From a bacterium (lineage in GTDB: Bacteria > Electryoneota > Electryoneia > Electryoneales > Electryoneaceae): a stretch of DNA of 64,000 nucleotides. The DNA is taken from NCBI GenBank assembly GCA_963675295.2, contig CAXXKJ010000001.1:114791-178790 (forward strand), read 5' to 3'. Made by a program: the position numbers and the translations under genes. Positions 45,992 to 56,259 of the stretch are shown here, piece by piece. The notes below the pieces were generated by a model. That model did no database searches and was not told the origin of the DNA. It saw only the letters and a list, made by a program, of their open reading frames with translations. Position 1 is the first letter of the stretch. The number at the start of each line of letters is the position of its first letter.

Positions 45992-47073
45992 AAGTCACGT
46001 TTGTCATTTACGGCGACATCGAAACGCTGTCGGGTGGATACGTCTATGACCGTCACCTGCTTCGTCACCTGAAGAAATGCGGTGATGACGTGCGGGTGGT
46101 GTCGTTGTGGGAGGGACGGTACAGCCGGCACATGCTGGACAACCTCTCCGGCGCGACCGCTCGTGCGCTGACCGCCGGCGATCCGGATGTCATCGTGCAG
46201 GACGAACTGTGCCACGCGTCTCTGGCGCTGGTGAACCATCGCATCCGTCAGGCTGGCGCGCCGCCGATTGTGTCGCTGGTGCATCATCTGCTGACGGACG
46301 AAGAGGGGCCGCATTCGGCACGCCTGCTGTACAAGGCGATGGAACGGTTGTATTTCAGCGGGGTGGACGGCATCCTCGCGAATACACACATCACCCTCAG
46401 CCGGGTGCGTGAAGTGTCGCACCGCGATTTGCCGTCTGCGGTCGCCTGGCCGGGCGGCACGCTGCCGGGGCCGCCGATTCCGCGAACCCAATTGAATGAT
46501 CGCTTGCAGCAGCAACGTCCGTTGCATATCCTCTTTGTGGGCAATCTGATCGAACGGAAGCTGGTGCATGTGCTGCTGACATCGGTGTTCGATCTGCTGC
46601 GCCGGACCGACGTGCGATTGACCATCGTCGGCGGGGACGAGCTGGAACCCCGTTATGCCCGTCGGATCAAACGGATCGCCAAACCCCTGGTCGAAAAGGG
46701 GATTGTTACCTTTACCGGACCGAAACGTGACTTGGAACTGGCGGCGCTGTACACGAACGCCGATGTGCTCGCCGTTCCGTCCAGCTACGAAGGCTTTGGG
46801 ATTGTCTATCTGGAGGGTATGGCGTACGGGCTGCCCGCCATCGGAACGGCGGCGGGGGGGGCACGTGAGATCATTGCGGACAATGTGAACGGGTTCCTCG
46901 TGCATCCACACGACAGCTCCAGCCTGAGCCGCTACCTGCAGCAACTGGCGGAGGATCGTGGCCTGCTGGCTCGCATGAGCCACGCGGCCCGTGACCGGTT
47001 CGACCGGCACCCGACATGGACCCAAAGCATGGATACAGCGCGAAACTTCCTACTGCGGATGGCGAAACCGTGA
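45988..47073 (+). CDS. GT4-family (GT-B) glycosyltransferase
   Basis: VPSSYEGFGIVYLEGMAYGLPAIGT..GGAREII..NVNGFLV (E-x7-E region). ATGA overlap with the upstream gene. Confidence 0.85.
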   Translation: MKVTFVIYGDIETLSGGYVYDRHLLRHLKKCGDDVRVVSLWEGRYSRHMLDNLSGATARALTAGDPDVIVQDELCHASLALVNHRIRQAGAPPIVSLVHHLLTDEEGPHSARLLYKAMERLYFSGVDGILANTHITLSRVREVSHRDLPSAVAWPGGTLPGPPIPRTQLNDRLQQQRPLHILFVGNLIERKLVHVLLTSVFDLLRRTDVRLTIVGGDELEPRYARRIKRIAKPLVEKGIVTFTGPKRDLELAALYTNADVLAVPSSYEGFGIVYLEGMAYGLPAIGTAAGGAREIIADNVNGFLVHPHDSSSLSRYLQQLAEDRGLLARMSHAARDRFDRHPTWTQSMDTARNFLLRMAKP

Positions 47074-47945
47074 TCAAAAAAAGCGGCAACGACCTCATCG
47101 CCTACCTTGATGCCAAGGAGGCCATCGATCAACGCTCCCGGAATCCGCAAATCTGGGCGACCCTGCTCGAACAACTGGCGAAACGCAGCCAGTACGCATC
47201 CGGCCTGCACCTGAACGTCACCGAAATCGGTGGCGGCCTCGGAGGGTTGGCGAAAGCCCTGCTCGAGGCGTGCAGCAACATTCCGCTCAACTACACGCTG
47301 TTCGACATCGATCCGACCGTTGTCGCGGAAGCTGAAAAACGCCTCGATTCCACCGCCGCCGCGCCGCATAAGGTTTCCGTGATCGAAGGGGATCTACTCG
47401 ATTACGAGCTGGGCGACAAAATCGAACCGGCCGACCTGGTTGTCGTGCAATCCGCGCTGGATCTGTTTGACCTGCGGGATGCGCTGCCACGGGTCAAGTC
47501 CTTCGCCAAACCGAACGCGCTGCTGTATGCGCCGGTTACTTTCAACGGCTTCACCGAATTTCGCCCGCCATACCAGGATTCGCAATTCGAGTACCGCCTG
47601 CTGGCGGAATACCATCGCACGATGGACGAACGCACCGGAATTCATCCGGATGCCGGCGGCAGTCGCGCGGGCTGGGTGCTGGAACGCAGCATGCGCCGCA
47701 TGGGCAGTGACTTCATCGAGACAAATTCGTCCGACTGGCTGGTTTCTTCGGACCCGAAGGAAGGGGCGAACCGCACCTTCCTTGAACACATCCTCCAGTT
47801 CTTCGAAAGCTCGCTGTCTGCCCGGTTGGAACTGGATCAGGAGAAGCTGGGCCTATGGCTGGAGCTACGGCGTCGTCAGCTCGCGGACGGCCACCTGCTG
47901 CTTCACATTCACAACCTCGACCTGCTGGCGGCATTCCCCGGTTGA
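47070..47945 (+). CDS. class I SAM-dependent methyltransferase
   Basis: Motif I VTEIGGGLGGL, then LFDID. Start set at the GTG overlapping the upstream stop (GTGA); the ORF extends to 47016. Confidence 0.65.
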   Translation: MIKKSGNDLIAYLDAKEAIDQRSRNPQIWATLLEQLAKRSQYASGLHLNVTEIGGGLGGLAKALLEACSNIPLNYTLFDIDPTVVAEAEKRLDSTAAAPHKVSVIEGDLLDYELGDKIEPADLVVVQSALDLFDLRDALPRVKSFAKPNALLYAPVTFNGFTEFRPPYQDSQFEYRLLAEYHRTMDERTGIHPDAGGSRAGWVLERSMRRMGSDFIETNSSDWLVSSDPKEGANRTFLEHILQFFESSLSARLELDQEKLGLWLELRRRQLADGHLLLHIHNLDLLAAFPG

Positions 47946-48779
47946 TGCCCGGATCAGCCCGATCATTCCCGCTCGTACCGCCGCCAACACCGAGTCGCCG
48001 GGATCGATGATCTTACCGGCTCGAACCTGCACGGCAACGCCTCGATACCGTTTCAGCAGCAACTGCAGGTACACCGCAACCTGTTCACGGCCCCGGCGAT
48101 CCCGGCGAATCCGGGTCAGCCAGTGCCGCTGAACCTCCGGATGGATTACCCCACTGACCAGCAACGGCACCACCCGAACTCCCGGCACAGTCCGTGTCAG
48201 CACCGTCAGACTCTCCGACCAGTCGCTCAGAGCCGCGACTGCCTCTTCCGGGTACAGCCGTGGATCCGGCTCGATTTGTCCCGATGGGAAGGTCAGTAAC
48301 GCGCCGCCCTGTTTCAGATGACGCACGGCCGTACGCAGCGGGAACCCTTTCCCGGTTTGACCATCCGGCAACAGAATCAGCTGCTTGCGCACGCTGGCCA
48401 ACGCCTCAAGGAACGGGTTGGCGTCAGCGATGATCATGAGATCCTCGCGCTCAATCGCGCTGAACAGGGCAAGGGTATCGCTGATCCCGGGATGATTCGC
48501 GACAATCAGCAACGGTCCGTCCGGCGGTATTCCGTCAAGATCGTGTAGCTCAAGCGTTGCGCCGAGGCGGGACAGGTACCGGCGCGACGCAGCGTGCAGA
48601 CCTTGTTCGCTCACGCACGACTCGAACTCCGCCGCCTGATGCACAACGCCACGCGTCAGCCAGGTCACCGGACGGCGCAGAAGTGCAGACAACAGGGGGC
48701 GATTTGCCACGCCGAGGGCGCGCAGCAAGTCATCGGTTGTCGCCCGTTGCAGGGCGGATGTCACATCGTGTTCGTTCAT
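47865..48779 (-). CDS. lysophospholipid / 1-acyl-sn-glycerol-3-phosphate acyltransferase family (PlsC-like)
   Basis: H-x4-D motif (ANHPGISD) and FPSG motif. Confidence 0.8.
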   Translation of the reverse strand: MNEHDVTSALQRATTDDLLRALGVANRPLLSALLRRPVTWLTRGVVHQAAEFESCVSEQGLHAASRRYLSRLGATLELHDLDGIPPDGPLLIVANHPGISDTLALFSAIEREDLMIIADANPFLEALASVRKQLILLPDGQTGKGFPLRTAVRHLKQGGALLTFPSGQIEPDPRLYPEEAVAALSDWSESLTVLTRTVPGVRVVPLLVSGVIHPEVQRHWLTRIRRDRRGREQVAVYLQLLLKRYRGVAVQVRAGKIIDPGDSVLAAVRAGMIGLIRASTGECRQQVEVVNVKQQVAVRELTTP

Positions 48780-48882
48780 GAGCGGCGAAATTAAGTCTGT
48801 TTCCGGGATCTTTCTTCAATCTAACGCATGAACGCTGGTAGCTGAGCCCCTATCTTGCCGCGACGTCAATCACAGGTTCCCG

Positions 48883-49851
48883 ATGTCATTCCTGATACCG
48901 ATCATTGCCGCACTCTTCGCCGCCGGCGGACTGCACCTCGCCACCGACCGGGAAGAACAGCTGGCGCTGGCCGCCTACCCCGACTACGGGTCGATCATCA
49001 ATGTGGAGGGGGTCCCGACGCATGTCGTGGATGAGGGCGAGGGCGATCCGGTCGTCCTGATCCACGGTCTCGGTGGCACGGCGCTGGTCTTCCGGCACGG
49101 GTTGTACGATCCGTTACGCGAGACCAACCGGGTGATCGTGATCGATCGTCCTGGGCACGGCCTGTCCCAACGGCCGCAAGGCATGAGTGGCGATCCTCGT
49201 GAACAGGCTGCGTTCCTGCATGAAACCCTGCAGCAGCTGGATTTGCCCACAAAACCGGTACTCGTCGCCCAGTCGTGGGGCGGGATGGTGGGGACGGCCT
49301 ACGCCGTGATGTACCCGGACGAAATCCGCGGGCTTGTCCTGCTCGCGCCGTATCTCACCGCCGGCCACCGCTATTTCGAGCCCCTCTTCACCCTCGCTCA
49401 GACACCCGTTGTCAGCGACCTCGCGCTCGAGACGATTGTCGTGCCGATCAGTATCCCGGGCCGTGAAATCTTCGCCGAACGCCATTTTTACCCGCATCCG
49501 GTCCCGGACGACTGGATCGGGAAAACCATCCTGCTGTCGCAAACACCGGAAGGGTTGCGTCACTCGGCGGCGGATATGCTGACCGTTCCCCGCGCAACCC
49601 GCGAGCTTGCCGAGCGATACGCCGAGATCACAGCGCCGGTGACGGTCGTCGTCGGCCTGCAGGATCAGATCGTGGACCCACTGCCGACCATCGGACTCGC
49701 CACCCGGCACGGCTGGACTCTGGTCGAATTGCCAGACGACGGACACGGGCTGCAGGTGATCAACACAGACCGCGTCCTTGCGGTCATCCGGCAGATGCTG
49801 CACGACACCGCGGTGGCTTCCCCCTCGGAGATTGACGGCGCTGGAAACTGA
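48883..49851 (+). CDS. alpha/beta-fold hydrolase
   Basis: VVLIHGLGG oxyanion region, AQSWGG nucleophile elbow, C-terminal DDGHG. Confidence 0.85.
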   Translation: MSFLIPIIAALFAAGGLHLATDREEQLALAAYPDYGSIINVEGVPTHVVDEGEGDPVVLIHGLGGTALVFRHGLYDPLRETNRVIVIDRPGHGLSQRPQGMSGDPREQAAFLHETLQQLDLPTKPVLVAQSWGGMVGTAYAVMYPDEIRGLVLLAPYLTAGHRYFEPLFTLAQTPVVSDLALETIVVPISIPGREIFAERHFYPHPVPDDWIGKTILLSQTPEGLRHSAADMLTVPRATRELAERYAEITAPVTVVVGLQDQIVDPLPTIGLATRHGWTLVELPDDGHGLQVINTDRVLAVIRQMLHDTAVASPSEIDGAGN

Positions 49852-49917
49852 ACCCCCGCCGTACTCTCATGTTATCTTCTGACCATCAAACCAGAACCAG
49901 CAGAGGACAGGATCAGT

Positions 49918-50907
49918 ATGGCAGGAAACGCAAAAGTCATCATCATCGGCGGCGGGATCGCCGGACTGTCAGCCGCGAAAGAACTCAAACAAGCCGGAAT
50001 CGACGCACTGGTTCTCGAACGGCGAATTGTGCTCGGCGGACGCATGTCCACGCGCGAGTTCGGCGGCGCGGTTTTCGATGATGGCGCACAGTTCTTCACC
50101 GTCAAGGACAAGCGGTTCGGTCCGCTGGTCGACGAGATGATCCACGCAGGCGTGATCACCGATTGGTTCCACTCGCAGATGATTCGCGGCGGGGCGAGCA
50201 ATCCGGACGGTTTTCCCCGGTACTGCGGCGCAAAAGGCATGCGCAGCATCCTTGATTACATGCACGGGCAGGGATTGTCCGTTCAGCTGAACGCCGACGT
50301 TACCGGCTTCGAGCCACAGAACAAAGCGTACACCGTCTCGCTCAAGGATGGCAGTGAACTCACCGCCGATGCAGTTCTGCTCGCGCATCCGGTGCCGGAT
50401 GCTGTTCGCATGCTGCACAACGCTGGACTGAAGCTGCATCAGGATGACGCCGAAGCATTGGAAAACGTGATCTACACGCCGTGCATCGCGGTGATGGCAA
50501 CCCTTGAGAAACCGTCCGCACTGACCGAATGGGGTGGCCTGCGGATCAACGGTGAATATGTCGACTGGATCGCCGACAACCAGCGCAAAGGTATTTCCTC
50601 AACACCGAGTGTCACCATCCAGGCGATGCCGGACTTCAGCACCGAACACTGGTATGAAGACGACGATGACATCGCCGAGATGCTGATCGGAAGCACGATG
50701 CCGCTGCTCCGCAGCGAACCGGTGGAAGCACGGGTTGTCCGCTACGAACTCGGCAAACCGATCTCGACGCACCCGAAGGAGTGGGTTGCCGCCGAAAAGC
50801 ACCCACGCGTATTACTCGCCGGGGACGGGTTCAAGGGCTATCGTGTGGAAGGTGCCGCGGTTTCGGGGATGGAAGCCGCGAAGGAACTGATCCGTCAGTT
50901 TGCCTGA
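49918..50907 (+). CDS. NAD(P)/FAD-dependent oxidoreductase (amine-oxidase/renalase-like)
   Basis: VIIIGGGIAGLSAA dinucleotide-binding motif and ERR...GGRM. Confidence 0.85.
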   Translation: MAGNAKVIIIGGGIAGLSAAKELKQAGIDALVLERRIVLGGRMSTREFGGAVFDDGAQFFTVKDKRFGPLVDEMIHAGVITDWFHSQMIRGGASNPDGFPRYCGAKGMRSILDYMHGQGLSVQLNADVTGFEPQNKAYTVSLKDGSELTADAVLLAHPVPDAVRMLHNAGLKLHQDDAEALENVIYTPCIAVMATLEKPSALTEWGGLRINGEYVDWIADNQRKGISSTPSVTIQAMPDFSTEHWYEDDDDIAEMLIGSTMPLLRSEPVEARVVRYELGKPISTHPKEWVAAEKHPRVLLAGDGFKGYRVEGAAVSGMEAAKELIRQFA

Positions 50908-51656
50908 TTGCGACAAAGGGTCATCTGGCCGGGCTGATCGTCATCTGGATGACTTCTTGTTGCAAGGAAGTAAAATTGCAAATAGACATCAGCTCGTGAG
51001 TTTGCGAAATAGAACGGGGATTCAGCCATGCTGAGTCCCCGTTTGCTCAGGGCGTTTGAGGCTTATCAGGATTGACAAAATCACGCCCCGACCCCGTATT
51101 GAAATCCCAGTGAAAGAGTCTACTTCGAGAAAATAGTGTTCTTGTTGCTTCTCGTGAGGAAAAATCGCAACTACTGCGAAATCAAGTAAATGAAAACCAG
51201 GCCTGATTTGTAATGAATGTCCCCTTGAACAAACGGCTGGGCTGGCATCCAAGGTGTAAACCGGTCAGCGTATCATTGCAGAAAGGAGAGTCGAGGAGAA
51301 CATCGCGGAGACACCACAGCGGTCGTTCGTGATGAGATGCGAATCGTCGTTAATAATCATAACCCTCGAAGTAGACGAAACGATAACAAGAGGTTAGTAG
51401 GACGATCCGCATCCTCTTGCACAGCGGAGCCGGCATTTTTGTATACTTTATGCAACTTCTTGCCTGAACCGGTATTTATTCGTAGAGATATCTTTAGATC
51501 AACAGGACCCTGCTCCCACCAGTTCAACCAGAATCGTCCGTCGGTAAACGTGTGGTAAAGCCTTGTAACTGTCATTCTTGCAGGAAACAGGCTATTCTAT
51601 CGATCCTCTACTCAACCGCCACGACTTACTCATTGCTCATACAAGAAAAATACGAG

Positions 51657-51685
51657 TTGCCTTTGCAAAACGGGAGTTGTATACT
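51657..51685 (+). promoter_or_regulatory. sigma-70-like promoter (TTGCCT-N17-TATACT)
   Basis: Read directly, about 78 nt upstream of the OMP start codon. Confidence 0.4.
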
Positions 51686-51762
51686 TTGGCATCCCGGAAT
51701 TGGGAGAATTACGGCAAATCGAGTTCTTGTTGCCGTCTTCAAAAAGGCAAAAGGGAGGAGTC

Positions 51763-52317
51763 ATGCGAGTTCGTGCATTTGCGGTAGTCATGGTTTTGAT
51801 GTTTGCGGCCACCTCGGCGTTCGCCGGTGGGTTCTGGGCTGGTGTCGGTGCGGATTTCTTCATGTACAGCGACACTGACGCGTTGGATGCTGGCGGATTC
51901 TCGACCACCGGTATCGGATTCACCCCGAAGGTTGGGTACCAGATCAACGACATGTGGGCTGTTACCGCTGGTTACAAGTACTTCCTGACCAACTCAGGTG
52001 ACAACGGTGACTGGACTCAGACCGCGATCCACATTGCTGGTAACTTCGCTCCGTTCAAGGACGGCGGCATGAAGCCGTTGTACTTCATCGCAGGTGTGGA
52101 CCTGGTTACGTGGGAATTTGAAGTCCCGGGTGTCAATGTTCCTGGTTTCGGAACCGTTGGCGGTGGCACCTTTGATGACAGCGAAACCGGTATCCTCTTC
52201 GGCGCTGGCTACGGCTGGATGATGGGCGACAAGTTCAGCTTGAATCCGGAAATCACCTACGTTACGGGTGACGTCGGCGGCATCAACATCGAAGTCGGTG
52301 TCCGCTATCGCTTCTAA
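51763..52317 (+). CDS. small outer-membrane beta-barrel protein (OmpW/OmpA-barrel-like porin family)
   Basis: Start at MRVRAF (RBS GGAGG). Signal peptide ending SAFA. Alternating strand pattern and terminal VRYRF. Confidence 0.75.
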   Translation: MRVRAFAVVMVLMFAATSAFAGGFWAGVGADFFMYSDTDALDAGGFSTTGIGFTPKVGYQINDMWAVTAGYKYFLTNSGDNGDWTQTAIHIAGNFAPFKDGGMKPLYFIAGVDLVTWEFEVPGVNVPGFGTVGGGTFDDSETGILFGAGYGWMMGDKFSLNPEITYVTGDVGGINIEVGVRYRF

Positions 52318-52349
52318 GCTCCGAAGCACCTGAAGTAGACTGTTCAAAG

Positions 52350-52376
52350 GCCGTCCCGATCCGGGACGGCTTTTTT
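52350..52376 (+). terminator. rho-independent terminator
   Basis: GCCGTCCCG-ATC-CGGGACGGC followed by TTTTTT. Confidence 0.75.
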
Positions 52377-52494
52377 GCATCCGGCTCCAGTTCTCCAATT
52401 CACTCCCTCTTCGCTCCTGTCGTCCGGCACCGTTTTGGCATCTTCCTCATCTTGGAGACAAAACACGTATCACGATGAACCAGGAGGAGAAACC

Positions 52495-52965
52495 ATGCTC
52501 AACCCAGGCGATAAGGCACCAGATTTCACGCTCAAGAACGCGGACGATCAGGACGTGTCGCTCAACGACCTGAAGGGCAAGTGGACGGTGCTGTATTTCT
52601 ACCCGAAGGACAACACGTCCGGCTGCACCAAGGAAGCCTGCGGGTTTACCGAAGCGTTGCCGCAGTTCCAGGGTCTGGACGCGCAGATTTTCGGCGTCAG
52701 CCCCGACTCGACCAAGTCACACCGCAACTTCCGTGAGAAGTATGACCTGACGATCGGCTTGTTGTCCGACCCGGAAAAGGACGTGATCCAGGCGTTCGGC
52801 GCGTGGGGCGAAAAGAAGAACTACGGCAAGACCTACATGGGCCTGATCCGTTCGACCTTCCTGATCGATCCGGACGGTGTCGTGCAACATGTCTGGCCGA
52901 ATGTGCGCGTCGCGGGTCACGTCGAAAAGGTAGCCGAGAAGCTCGAGGAACTGAAGAACGCTTAA
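52495..52965 (+). CDS. bcp: thioredoxin-dependent peroxiredoxin (Bcp-type)
   Basis: APDFTL...VLYFYPKDNTSGCTKEAC, the peroxidatic Cys motif of Bcp/PrxQ. RBS GGAGGAG. Confidence 0.9.
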   Translation: MLNPGDKAPDFTLKNADDQDVSLNDLKGKWTVLYFYPKDNTSGCTKEACGFTEALPQFQGLDAQIFGVSPDSTKSHRNFREKYDLTIGLLSDPEKDVIQAFGAWGEKKNYGKTYMGLIRSTFLIDPDGVVQHVWPNVRVAGHVEKVAEKLEELKNA

Positions 52966-53131
52966 TCATGAGCCAACAGTACTCGACAAGTTTGCCAGCC
53001 CGGTGTGAAAACGCCGGGCTGACGTGTCTCCACCTTTTCCGTCGAACCGCACCGCCTTTCATCTTTTACGCTGTTTTCCTGCGTACGTTTGAAATAACAA
53101 GCCGAGTGGATCCTCATCCGGGGAGAGTGAG

Positions 53132-54142
53132 ATGGAAAGGCGCAATCTGGACCTCGAGCTGTTCCGTGACGAATCCGCGATCAACCGGGGCGAACCCGGA
53201 CTTGTTCATTCCTACATGAAATGCCTCGCCACCGCGATGCAGGCCGTCGGGGACGGCAACGGGCCGGCGTGGTGGATGGGCGCCAGCGGGTTCGCGTTCC
53301 GTATCTGGACCAGCGACACCCTCTGTCCCAGCGCCATGAGCATGTTCGATTTCAACACCATCCTTCCCCAGGCGATCGAACAACTGGGCTACCAACCGAT
53401 CTACATCAACCGTCCCGGGAACGAGCAGAAGCAGGAAGCCCGGAAACGGATGGAAGCGCATAAGCACATCGTCGCCGCCGTGGATCGCGGGGTGCCGTCG
53501 ATTGTGTGGGACCTGCACGAAGCCGAGTGGGGCCTGATCACCGGCTATGACGACGGCCGCGACGCGTACTTCACCATCACCCATGACGGCCACACGTCCA
53601 CCATGCCGTACGAGAATCTCGGCCAGAACGGGATCGACATCCTCGCCGTCTCCATCCCAGGCGACGCGAACGATCTGTCCCGTGAAGAAGCGATCGATAA
53701 ATCCATCCGCATCGCCGTCAACCACGCCACCCAGAACGAGTGGGCCGACCGTCCCGACTACCAGAACGGGTTCGCCGGGTACGACCAGTGGGCGCTGGTC
53801 TATGAACGCTGGGGACTGCTGATCGACGGCGGGCAGATCGATACCATCGGCGTGCCGATCCACGAGTACGCGAAGTACTACGCCGCCCACTACTACTCCG
53901 CCCGCAGCTATGCGCGCGAATACCTTAACCTGATCAGTAACCACGATCCCGATCTCGCGAACGCCGCGATGAAATATGCCCAGGTCGCCGACCAGTTGCG
54001 CTACCTGTGGACCGAAGCCCCCGATTCGCCGACGCCGAACCGGCAACTGCTGGACGATTTCGTCGCACGTCTGCACAACGCGAAACGCCTCGAAGCCGAA
54101 GCCGTCGAAGCGCTGAAGATGTACCTCGGGGTGAAGGTGTAG
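53132..54142 (+). CDS. hypothetical protein
   Basis: 336-aa ORF with RBS GGGGAG and coding-like composition. No family confidently recognised. Confidence 0.6.
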   Translation: MERRNLDLELFRDESAINRGEPGLVHSYMKCLATAMQAVGDGNGPAWWMGASGFAFRIWTSDTLCPSAMSMFDFNTILPQAIEQLGYQPIYINRPGNEQKQEARKRMEAHKHIVAAVDRGVPSIVWDLHEAEWGLITGYDDGRDAYFTITHDGHTSTMPYENLGQNGIDILAVSIPGDANDLSREEAIDKSIRIAVNHATQNEWADRPDYQNGFAGYDQWALVYERWGLLIDGGQIDTIGVPIHEYAKYYAAHYYSARSYAREYLNLISNHDPDLANAAMKYAQVADQLRYLWTEAPDSPTPNRQLLDDFVARLHNAKRLEAEAVEALKMYLGVKV

Positions 54143-54222
54143 CGTCGCCGGAAACGGCGTCCAGACAAAGGACTCCGTCAGGTTTCTGAAGCTTTGCTGC
54201 TGCTGTGCTATTGGGGTCTACT

Positions 54223-55782
54223 ATGAATCGCGGATCGTATCCCTCAGGGCTGCTTGCCCTCTTCGCGCTTGCTTTCCTCGCCTGTCCAGCGCTGGTCCAT
54301 GCTCAACCTCACGTGATCTGGCAACGGGAGATTGGTATCTCGCGTCAGGACTATGCCCTTGGTCTGGAAATCTGTGAGAATGGCGACTATCTGTTTATTT
54401 CATCTATGGATTACCAGAATCACGTTGTTGATAGAGTATCACCCGACGGAATTATTGTCGGATCTACAGATATTTTGGATAGTCAAAGTGGATACGAACT
54501 TGAAATGATAGAATCGGGCTATTTTCTGGCTCAAACATACCTCCATGATCCAGACTCTTCATACACTATGATCTATAACTCAATGTTTGAGCCAATCATG
54601 ACATCGGATACGTATCCAGGGAGTGGAGGATCGGCACACAGATGCAGAACTGGTGGTTTTATCGCGTGCGGTGACAGTTACACTACTCATACAGCATATA
54701 CAACAAAGTTGAGCCCCAGCGGCGAGGTTGTCTGGTCTCTCGCGTGGCCAAACCTGTACAGTGGGGTGTCGTCATTTGATGTTGCATCTGATCACTTGGG
54801 AAATATCTACGATCCGCTGAACTATTACTACGGCGGCAGCGAGACGGTCATCAGGCTCGTCAAACTGTCAAGTGATGGGAGTATTCTCTGGATAACAGAG
54901 TATCCGGAATCAAACAACCCGTATATCCATTATGTCGGCGAGGTCAGTGTGCGGCCTGATGGCAATATCCATATGTGTGGTGTGCTGGACATCGAACCCG
55001 ACACGCTCTACTCGGTGATGAATGTGACACCAGATGGAGATGTCGTTGACTATTTCGGAGCTATCGATGACCTCGACGATATTTGCCAGATGCATGATGG
55101 CGGATACCTTGCGATCAACATTTCCTACCCGAACTTCCTGATCTTCACCCGTTACACCGCTTCCGGTGATCCGCTGTATTCCTGGACTCACGAGGTATCG
55201 ACGAATCCAGACATAGAGTGGATTGAACGTATTTTCGCGAAAACCACCCCAGATGACGAAGTGATCGTGTTTGGCTGCTATTACTACAACCTTGGAGGGG
55301 GTGACTACGATTACAACCCATTCGCGGTGAAGATGGATCTCGGTCCGACCGATCTGCAACTCGAAGTACAGCCACTCACCAATACTTCGGTAATCTCAGC
55401 TCCAGGACAGTTTTTCTGGAGTGGTACGCTGACCAACACCACAAACGCCAACATCACCACCGATGTCTGGGTGCTGGTACGCGGTCCTGCTGGATATCCA
55501 AGCGAACCGCTGTGGGTCTGGCAGGATATCAATATCCCTGTTCCGGCAAACGGCAGAGTCAGTGCGATCCTGCAACAGGACGTTCCCGCCGACGCCGAAA
55601 CCGGACAATACAACTACATCGTACGGGTTGGCGATTACGACGCCCCCGGCGGTCCACGCCATACGATCCAGGCGTATTTCCCGCTACGGGTTGTTGATGG
55701 CGCCGAGGTTGATCTTGATCCGCCACGGGTCCACGGTGTCGTTGCCGCGCCGCTTGCTGCCCCAACGCTTCGAAAACGATAG
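54223..55782 (+). CDS. secreted hypothetical protein (beta-propeller-like N-terminal part + Ig-like domain; no T9SS tail)
   Basis: Signal peptide (LALFALAFLACPALVHAQ). The C-terminal third carries the same Ig-like module seen ahead of the T9SS tails elsewhere in the window. Visibly lower GC. Confidence 0.65.
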   Translation: MNRGSYPSGLLALFALAFLACPALVHAQPHVIWQREIGISRQDYALGLEICENGDYLFISSMDYQNHVVDRVSPDGIIVGSTDILDSQSGYELEMIESGYFLAQTYLHDPDSSYTMIYNSMFEPIMTSDTYPGSGGSAHRCRTGGFIACGDSYTTHTAYTTKLSPSGEVVWSLAWPNLYSGVSSFDVASDHLGNIYDPLNYYYGGSETVIRLVKLSSDGSILWITEYPESNNPYIHYVGEVSVRPDGNIHMCGVLDIEPDTLYSVMNVTPDGDVVDYFGAIDDLDDICQMHDGGYLAINISYPNFLIFTRYTASGDPLYSWTHEVSTNPDIEWIERIFAKTTPDDEVIVFGCYYYNLGGGDYDYNPFAVKMDLGPTDLQLEVQPLTNTSVISAPGQFFWSGTLTNTTNANITTDVWVLVRGPAGYPSEPLWVWQDINIPVPANGRVSAILQQDVPADAETGQYNYIVRVGDYDAPGGPRHTIQAYFPLRVVDGAEVDLDPPRVHGVVAAPLAAPTLRKR

Positions 55783-55863
55783 TTCCTGACACATGAAGAC
55801 CCGGGCTGCGTGGCAACCCGGGTTCAGTTTGCTGATTCGTTTTTAACTGCTGCCGGACCGGGC

Positions 55864-56259
55864 TCAGTCCTCAGGCAGCTTGCAGAAGCAGTGGGTGCCC
55901 ATGCCTGCGATGTAATTCTGCGAATATCCGCCGACATAGACATACATGGTGTAGTCGCCTTCAACGGCATATGCCGGAATCTGAATGCCGCAGCCCGGGA
56001 TAATGTTTCCCATCGGATACAGCCAGAAGCACTGCAACATGTACGGGCCGCCGGTGCAGTCCGGACCCTCCACCATCAACCAGATTTCCCCGGCATGACC
56101 AAAGCCAAGGTTGTTGTGCAGGTTCACATTGAAGCAGAGTTCTCCGCCTGCCGCCGGGATCTCGGTGCAGGAGCAGTTGACGGTCACATCCACCTGATCC
56201 GCCACCGCCATGCTGGCCATGAGCATCACGCCCAGCAGGATCACCAGAATTTTCTTCAT
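55864..56259 (-). CDS. small secreted Cys-rich protein (stand-alone Ig-like module), paralog 1
   Basis: Start MKKILVILLG with RBS GGAAGGGGG. Signal peptide. About 110-aa mature part, roughly 60% identical by eye to 56739-57134. Confidence 0.7.
   Translation of the reverse strand: MKKILVILLGVMLMASMAVADQVDVTVNCSCTEIPAAGGELCFNVNLHNNLGFGHAGEIWLMVEGPDCTGGPYMLQCFWLYPMGNIIPGCGIQIPAYAVEGDYTMYVYVGGYSQNYIAGMGTHCFCKLPED

Noticed and set aside
47865-47945. 81-bp convergent overlap between the methyltransferase and acyltransferase genes as a possible antisense regulatory arrangement
   Set aside because: Both 3' ends are defined only by the first in-frame stop. An overlap of this size between convergent genes is not rare in compact high-GC genomes, and nothing else supports a special mechanism.
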